Shown here: piece by piece, positions 56,430 through 64,000 of the stretch
How positions within the stretch are numbered: the first letter of the stretch is position 1
Layout of the letters: every line of letters starts with the position of its first letter
Assembly: GCF_963921235.1 (NCBI RefSeq)
Contig: NC_086104.1
Span: forward strand, 4,030,001-4,094,000
Direction: 5' to 3'
Source: Mobula hypostoma
Lineage: Eukaryota
Length of the DNA stretch: 64,000 bases
Position numbers and translations under genes: made by a program
The notes under the pieces: generated by a model
Databases searched by the model: none
Told to the model about the DNA's origin: nothing
Seen by the model: only the letters and a program-made list of their open reading frames with translations

Positions 56430-59400
56430 ATTGAATTGACTTCATTACTTACATCTTTCACATACGTGAGGAGTAAAAATCAATACATTACATCTCCACC
56501 TCAATGTGTAATCATAGTAATTTATAATATTTTATAATAAATAGAACAGTCAATGTAATGCAGAGTACATCCAGATCGGCATCAGTTAATCAGTCTGATG
56601 GTCTGGTGGAAGAAGCTGCCCCGGAGCCCGTTGGTCCTGGCTTTTATGCTGCGGTACTGCTTCCCGGAAGGTAGCAACTGGAATGGATTGTGGTTGGGAT
56701 GACTTGGGTCCCCAATGATCCTATGGGCCCATTTTTACACACCTGTCTTTGTAAATGTCCTGAATCATGGGAAGTTCACAACTACGGATGCGCTGGGCTG
56801 TCCGCACCACTCTCTGCAGAGTCCTGAGATTGAGGAAAGTACAGTTCCCATACCAGGCAGTGATGCAGCCAGTCAGGATGCTCTCAATTGTGCCCCTGAA
56901 GAAAGTTCTTAGGATCTGGGGACCCATACCAAACTTCCTCAACTGTCTGAAGTGAAAGAGGAGCTGTTGTACATTTTTCACCACACAGCCGGTGTGGACA
57001 GATCACATGAGGTCCTCAGTGATGTAGATGCCGAGGAACTTAAAGCTGTTTAACCTCTCAACCCCAGATTCATTGATGTCAATAGGGGTTAGCCCACCTC
57101 CATTCCTCCTGTAGTCCAGAACCAGTTCCTTTGTTTTTGCGACATTGAGGGGAAGGTTGTTTTCTTGACATCACTGTGTCAGAGAGATGACTTCTTCCCT
57201 GTAGGCCACCTCATTATTGTTTGAGATAAGGGAGAGTGAGGCAGTCATAGATGAGAGCTACAGGGAGGTAGTCACACCTAGGCTGTCGGAAGCAGGTCGT
57301 TGGGTGACGGTCAGAGGGGGGAAAGCGAAGGTGAGCAGACAGGTAGTGAGAGCACCCCTGTAGCCATTCCCCTGAATAATAAGTTTACCGTCCTGGATAC
57401 TGTTGGCGGGGACGACCGACCAGGTGTGAGCCACGGTGGCAGGGCCTCCGGCACTGAGTCTGACCCTGTGGTGAAGGGTGGGACGGAGAAGAGGAGAGCT
57501 GTTGTCATTGGAGACTCTATAGTCAGGAGAGCAGACAGGAGATTTTGTGGACATGAGAAGGACACCCACATGGTTTGTTGCCTCCCGGGTGCCAGGGTCC
57601 GGGATGTCTCTGACCGGGTGCACGACATCCTGGTACAAGAGGGAAAGCAACCAGAAGTCGTGATACATGTTGGGACCAAAGACGTAAGCAGGAAGAGGGA
57701 TGAGGTCCTGAAGTGTGAGTTTCGGGAACTAGGTAGAAGGCTGAAGAACAGGACCTCAAGGGTGGTGTTCTCTGGATTGCTGCCAGTGCTACGTGACAGA
57801 GATGGTAAGAATTGGAGGAGATGGCAGTTGAATGTGTGGCTGAGGAGTTGGTGCAGGGAACAGGGTTTTAGATTTTTAGATCATCGGGATCTCTTCTGGG
57901 GAAGGTGGGACCTGTACAGATTGGATGGGTTGCACCTGAACTCGAGGGGGAGCAATATCCTTGCAGGTAGGTTTGCTAGCATGGTTCGGGGGGATTTAAA
58001 CTAATTTGCAAGGGGGATGGGACCCAGAGCAATAGAGCAGTGAAAGAAGTGCATGGAGTAAAGCCAGATCAAACATACAGAGAGGCTTTGAGGAAAGAGA
58101 AGCAGAATAAACAGTGTAAAGACAGTAAGGTAGAAGGGCTGAATTGTGTGTACCTCAATGCAAGAAGCATCAGGAACGAAAGTGATGCACTGAGAGCTTG
58201 GATACATACATGGAATTATGATGTAGTGGCCATTACAGAGACTTGGCTGGCACTAGGGCAGGAATGGATTCTCAATATTCCTGGATTTCAGTGCTTAAAA
58301 GGGATAGAGAGAGTGGGAAAAAGGGGAGGAGGGGTGGCATTACTGGTCAGGGATACTATTACAGCTACAGAAAGGGTGGGTAATGTAGCAGGATCCTATT
58401 TTGAGTCAATATGGGTGGAAGTCAGGAACAGGAAGGGAGCAGTTACTCTATTGGGGGTATTCTATAGGCCCCCTGGTAGCAACAGAGATACAGAGGAGCA
58501 GATTGGGAGGCAGATTTTGGAAAGGTGCAAAAATAACAGGGTTGTTATCATGGGTGACTTTAACTTCCCTAATATTGATTGGCACCTGATTAGTTCCAAG
58601 GGTTTAGATGGGGCAGAGTTTGTTAAGTGTGTCCAGGACGGATTCCTGTCACAGTATGTGGACAGGCCGACCAGGAGGAATGCCATACTAGATCTAGTAC
58701 TAGGTAATGAACCGGGTCAGATCACAGATCTCTCAGTGGGTGAGCATCTGGGGGACAGTGACCACTGCTCCCTGGCCTTTAGCATTATCATGGAAAAGGA
58801 TAGAATCAGAGAGGACAGGAAAATTTTTAATTGGGGAAAGGCAAATTATGAGGCTATAAGGCTAGAACTTGCGGGTGTGAATTGGGATGATGTTTTTGCA
58901 GGGAAATGTACTATGGACATGTGGTTGATGTTTAGAGATCTCTTGCAGGATGTTAGGGATAAATTTGTCCCGGTGAGGAAGATAAAGAATGGTAGGGTGA
59001 AGGAACCATGGGTGACAAGTGAGGTGGAAAATCTAGTCAGGTGGAAGAAGGCAGCATACATGAGGTTTAGGAAGCAGGGATCAGATGGGTCTATTCAGGA
59101 ATATAGGGAAGCAAGAAAGGAGCTTAAGAAGGGGCTGAGAAGAGCAAGAAGGGGGCATGAGAAGGCCTTTGTGAGTAGGGTAAAGGAAAACCCCAAGGCA
59201 TTCTTCAATTATGTGAAGAAAAAAAGGATGACAGGAGTGAAGGTAGGACCGATTAGAGATAAAGGTGGGAAGATGTGCCTGGAGGCTGTGGAAGTGAGCG
59301 AGGTTCTCAATGAATAATTTTCTTCATTATTCACCAGTGAGAGGGAACTTGATGATGGTGAGGACAATATGAGTGAGGTTGATGTTCTGGAGCATGTTGA

Positions 59401-62400
59401 TGTTAAGGGAGAGGAGGTGTTGGAGTTGTTAGAATACATTAGGACAGATAAGTCCCCGGGACCTGACGGAATACTCCCCAGGCTGCTCCACGAGGCGAGA
59501 GAAGAGATTGCTGAGCCTCTGGCTAGGATCTTTATGTCCTCGTTGTCCACGGGAATGGTACCGGAGGATTGGAGGGAAGCAAATGTTGTCCTCTTGTTCA
59601 AAAAAGGTAGTAGGGATAGTCCGGGTAATTATAGACCAGTAAGCCTTACATCTGTGGTGGGAAAGCTGTTGGAAAAGATTCTTAGAGATAGGATCTATAG
59701 GCATTTAGAGAATCATGGTCTGATCAGGGACAGTCAGCATGGCTTTGTGAAGGGCAGATCGTGTCTAACAAGCCTGATAGAGTTCTTTGAGGAGGTGACC
59801 AGGCATATAGATGAGGGTAGTGCAGTGGATGTGATCTATATGGATTTTAGTAAGGCATTTGACAAGGTTCCACACAGTAGGCTTACTCAGAAAGTTAGAA
59901 GGCATGGGATCCAGGGAAGTTTGGCCAGGTGGATTCAGAATTGGATTGCCTGCAGAAGGCAGAGGGTGGTGGTGGAGGGAGTACATTCAGATTGGAGGAT
60001 TGTGACTAGTGGTGTCCCACAAGGATCTGTTCTGGGACCTCTACTTTTCGTGATTTTTATTAACGACCTGGATGTGGGGGTAGAAGGTTGGCTAGTTTGC
60101 AGATGACACAAAGGTTGGTGCTGTTGTAGATCGTGTAGAGGATTGTCAAAGATTGCAGAGAGACATTGATAGGATGCAGAAGTGGGCTGAGAAATGGCAG
60201 ATGGAGTTCAACCCGGAGAAGTGTGAGGTGGTACACTTTGGAAGGACAAACTCCAAGGCAGAGTACAAAGTAAATGGCAGGATACTTGGTAGTGTGGATG
60301 AGCAGAGGGATCTTGGGGTACATGTCCACAGATCCCTGAAAGTTGCCTCACAGGTGGATAGGGTAGTTAAGAAAGCTTATGGGGTGTTAGCTTTCATAAG
60401 TTGAGGGACAGAGTTTAAGAGTCGCGATGTAATGATGCAGCTCCATAAAACTCTGGTTAGGCCACACTTGGAGTACTGTGTCCAGTTCTGGTCGCCTCAC
60501 TATAGGAAGGATGTGGAAGCATTGGAAAGGGTACAGAGGAGATTTACCAGGATGCTGCCTGGTTTAGAGAGTATGCATTATGATCAGAGATTAAGGGAGC
60601 TAGGGCTTTACTCTTTGGAGAGAAGGAGGATGAGAGGAGACATGATAGAGGTGTACAAGATAATAAGAGGAATAGATAGAGTGGATAGCTAGCGCCTCTT
60701 CCCCAGGGCACCACTGCTCAATACAAGAGGACATGGCTTTAAGGTAAGGGGTGGGAATTTCAAGGGGGATATTAGAGGAAGGTTTTTTACTCAGAGAGTG
60801 GTTGGTGTGTGGAATGCACTGCCTGAGTCAGTGGTGGAGGCAGATACACTAGTGAAGTTTAAGAGACTACTAGACAGGTATATGGAGGAATTTAAGTTGT
60901 GGGCTTATATGGGAGGCAGGGTTTGAGGGTCAGCACAACATTGTGGGCTGAAGGGCCTGTTCTGTGCTGTACTATTCTATGTTCTATGAGATTAGGCCAA
61001 TCAATGTAGTGTCATTGGCAAATTTAATGAGAAGATTAGAGCTGTGCATGGCGACACAGTCGTGGGTATACAGGGAGTAAAGGACGGGACTTAGTACACA
61101 GCCCTGAGGGGCTTCTGTGTTGAGAATCAGAGGGGTGGAGGTGGAGCCCACTCTTATCACCTACCTGTGATCTGCCATGAAGTCCAGGATCCAGTTGCAC
61201 AAGGCAGGGTCAAATCCGAGGTCTCTGAGCTTCTTGTCAAGCCTGGATGGAACTATGGTGTTGAATGCTGAACTGTAGTCCAAGAACTGCATCCTCATAT
61301 AAGCATCCTTCTTCTCCAGATGTGTAAGGACGGTATGTAGAGCAGGGGCTGTTGTGTCATCTGTCGATCAGTTGTATCGGTAGGTGAATTGTAGGGGGTC
61401 CAGTCTGGGTGGTAACAAGCTGCAGATGTAATCCTTGACCAGCCTCTCAAAGCATTTGTTTATTATTGAGGTGAGTGTGACAGGACGCCAGTCGCTCAGA
61501 TGTGCTACCTTGGTCTTTTTTGGTACAGGGACAATGGTGGATAATTTGAAGCAGGAGGGCACTCTACACTGGGAGAGGGAGGGATTAAAAACGTCTGTAA
61601 ACACAGCTGCCAGTTGTGCTGCGCACATCCTGACTACTCGTCCTGGGATGCCGACTGGTCGGTCCCGCAGCCTTGCGACTGTCCACTCGTTGGAAACATC
61701 TGCGTACCTCAGCCTCAGAGGTGACCAGGTTGCAGGTTGTAGCAGTGGCTTTCCTCGGAGACTCAGAGTTAGCGACATCGAACCGAGCGTGAAAGTGACT
61801 GAGCTCATCTGGGAGAGAGGCCGCGATGTTGGCACCACAACGTTTGGTTTTGAAGTCTGCGATGATATGCAGTCACGTGTGCTATTCCTTGTGAATCTCG
61901 ATTCAATCTTGTCCCTGTATTGTTGTTTCACAGCCTTGATAGCTTTGTGCAGATTGTAGCTGCTTTTCTTGAGCTCTAGTTGATATCCAGCGATGTAAGC
62001 TCCATGTCGCGTGGTAAGTGCTGCTCGCACGGAACTATTGATCCATAGTTTCTGGTTTGGGAAGATCCTGACTGACTTCTGGTGGACAGCATCATCAATG
62101 TCCCTCCAGATGTAACACCTGACTCCATTTGTGAACTCGGAGACATCCTCATCATGAAAGACATTCTAATTGACGTCATCGAAGCAGTCCTGCAGCATGG
62201 AGGCCAACTGGTCGGACCAACAGTGGACGGTTTTAACGATGGTCGCCTCTTGTTTCAGCTTCTGCCTGTACGTTGGCAAAAGCAGGATCGAAGAGTGATC
62301 TGATTTTCCAAAAGCTGGGCAAAGGAGAGTCTTGTAAGCATTGCGGAAGGGAGTGTAGCAGTGGTCAAGTGTCTTATCTCCACTAGTGCTCACCTGGATG

Positions 62401-63020
62401 TGCCGACAAAACTTCGGAGAGACTTTTGTTAGTGACACTCGACTAAAGTCACCCACCGGCAATGATGAAGGCAGCCTCTGGGTGTGCAGTCTTTAGCATG
62501 TTGTTGGTCTCGTACAGTTCCTTGGGAGCTGAGTCAGTATTAGCCTGCAGCGGAATGTACACCGCTGTGATGATAACAGCCATGAACTCCCCAGGCAGCC
62601 AGTAGGCAACACCAGATATTCCAGGTCTGGGGAACAAAATGATTTGAGGGCATGCACATTCTGGGGTTCGTACCAAGCATTGTTGGCCATGAAGCACACC
62701 CCTCCTCCTTTACTCTTCCCAGAGAGGTTTTTCAACCTGTCCACCCAGAACAGGAAGAACCCAGAGGGCTCGATAGCATGGTCTGGTATCTCCTCCATCA
62801 GCCAGGTCTCCATGAAACACAAAACGTTACATTCCTTTGTTTCCCACTGACAGGAGATTCTGGCTCTCAGTTCGCTCAGCTTGTTGTCCAGGGACTGAAC
62901 ATTAGCCAGGAGGAGGCTAAGGAGCGGCAGCCAATTAGCAGGCCATCTCAGCCTCACCAGGACGCCGACCCTTCTCCCTCACCTCCAGCACTTCTTCCAA
63001 GGTAGTGGCGGTCTAGGAGA
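56430..63020 (-). mobile_element. Rex1/Babar LINE (APE + RT) split by a nested CR1
   Basis: LLLANVQSLDNKLSELRARI, FMETWL, GDF, WRPVTLT motifs at 61000-63020; continues at 56430-57230; near-duplicate GAGATAAGG/GAGATTAGG at the CR1 junctions. Confidence 0.85.
57231..60990 (+). mobile_element. Near full-length CR1 LINE with ORF1 SGNH esterase and ORF2 APE-RT (few lesions)
   Basis: ORF1 57300-58004 has VVIGDSIVR, HVGT and DGLHLN. ORF2 pieces 58040-59317, 59369-60106, 60153-60404, 60432-60692; (TTCTATG)n tail. Confidence 0.92.
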
Positions 63021-64000
63021 CGAGTCTCCTATGGATTGCGAAAGCAGGGGTCCCATTGTAAGAAAGGTGGCACATAGTGGGTAAATGCCATTTTTCCAAT
63101 GTTCAGAAGGGTCAGCCTATCGATCCTGATGTGACTATCAGCTACTATAGTTCAGAAAATGCCATCCCTTGCAACAATCACTCCCAGAAACTGATAGCCA
63201 TTTCCATTTGTTAACTTGTACTTCATCTGCTTGCTTCATTATATCCATTGTTCCCCTCACCTGGCCAATAGTATGCAGCTAAGGCATTGGTTATACCTTG
63301 GAACCATTCCAGTCCCATTACGTTGAAGGGTATTGGCCGTAGCGACATACACCCACCTGCATTTGCAGGAATCCCCGGACATACTCTGTAACTTGACATA
63401 TTGGTCCGAGAAGCATAGTCATAAGCTAAGCCTGAACATTTATTAGAAGTGCAGGCAAATCTGGACACTAAAGTAATGAGGCAATTAAGTCCATATATCG
63501 TTAGCCACTTCACTTTTCTTTTTTCTGTTTTCCATCTTTTCCAGTACACTATCGGACTCTGGAAGAGAGGGATAATACAGCTTTCACTTGGTTCCATGCA
63601 CCCAGTCGGCATTGCCTTGTACCTTGACCCTCATACAGCTGGTTAGCAGCTCTTGAAAGGGCCCCTACCACGTAGGAGAGTGACTTAATATGTATATAAT
63701 CACCTGGTTTAAATTGATGTGTATTTTCTTCCCCAGGTTTGGGTCAGGCCTCAGTCACGTTTCCTTAATTCATTCTATTAGCTTCACCTAGAGCAGCCTT
63801 TCTCAACAGTTTTTGCTCTGGAAGAGCCCTTGAAATTATTTTCAGGTCCCTCAGCAAAAATCATTATATCTACAGCTCTCAATGATCAGTAAGTTGTAGA
63901 TATAATCATCAAAAATAATTATCAATGCTCTTTTGAGTAGAGAATGAATTTTTAGCCAACTTGTCTTGAAAAAAGCAACAGCTAGTTAAACTTAGCTTAC

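Larger units (their letters stand above)
53400..63790 (-). mobile_element. Class I (gamma/epsilon-like) ERV remnant: integrase C-terminus + env, split by nested LINEs
   Basis: IN CTD HQFKPGDYIHIK...W*GPFQELLT...VKVQG...WVH (63560-63790). Env N-terminus 63020-63612. SU end YWKCG...NWTGHC...VVP and basic cleavage site RRRKR (56100-56430). ISD LQNRMASDSILAVKGGTCVIIGQEHC (55850-55935). TM remnant about 53560-53770. Confidence 0.8.

Noticed and set aside
1-64000. CRISPR array, rRNA or prokaryotic operon
   Set aside because: No regularly spaced repeats or rRNA-like sequence; the short tandem repeats are LINE tails and microsatellites in a eukaryotic context.

Overview
Eukaryotic, very repeat-rich genomic DNA, probably from a cartilaginous fish (inferred from the CR1/Rex1/L2/Penelope/V-SINE/Gypsy mix). 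The only host gene I can support is on the + strand and is largely missed by the ORF track. It is a spliced type-I membrane IgSF receptor built from single-exon, germline-joined V-J-type domains (V1a 819-1163, V2a 5356-5703, V1b 22269-22613, V2b 29346-29693), an uncharged TM exon (37313-37457) and three cytoplasmic exons (39226-39269, 45283-45326, 49639-49752) carrying TLYATV (ITSM-like), IFYADI (ITIM) and TEYAVI (ITSM). All splice phases chain in frame to a TAG at 49750-49752. No leader exon was found, and no TM or leader exon lies between the two V1-V2 pairs, so this is either one four-V-domain receptor or a two-V gene plus a truncated paralog. V1a and V1b differ mainly in CDR-equivalent loops, while V2a and V2b look identical. 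Introns and flanks hold a foamy/loki-like endogenous retrovirus (tRNA-Asn PBS, env-like ORF), a complete-ended Gmr1-type Gypsy element, a three-LTR tandem Gypsy derivative, a class I ERV pol-env remnant split by nested LINEs, Penelope fragments with minimal hammerhead ribozymes, many CR1/Rex1/L2 LINEs, SINEs and a MITE. Everything was read by eye, with no database searches; repeat boundaries are approximate unless termini or TSDs are quoted.
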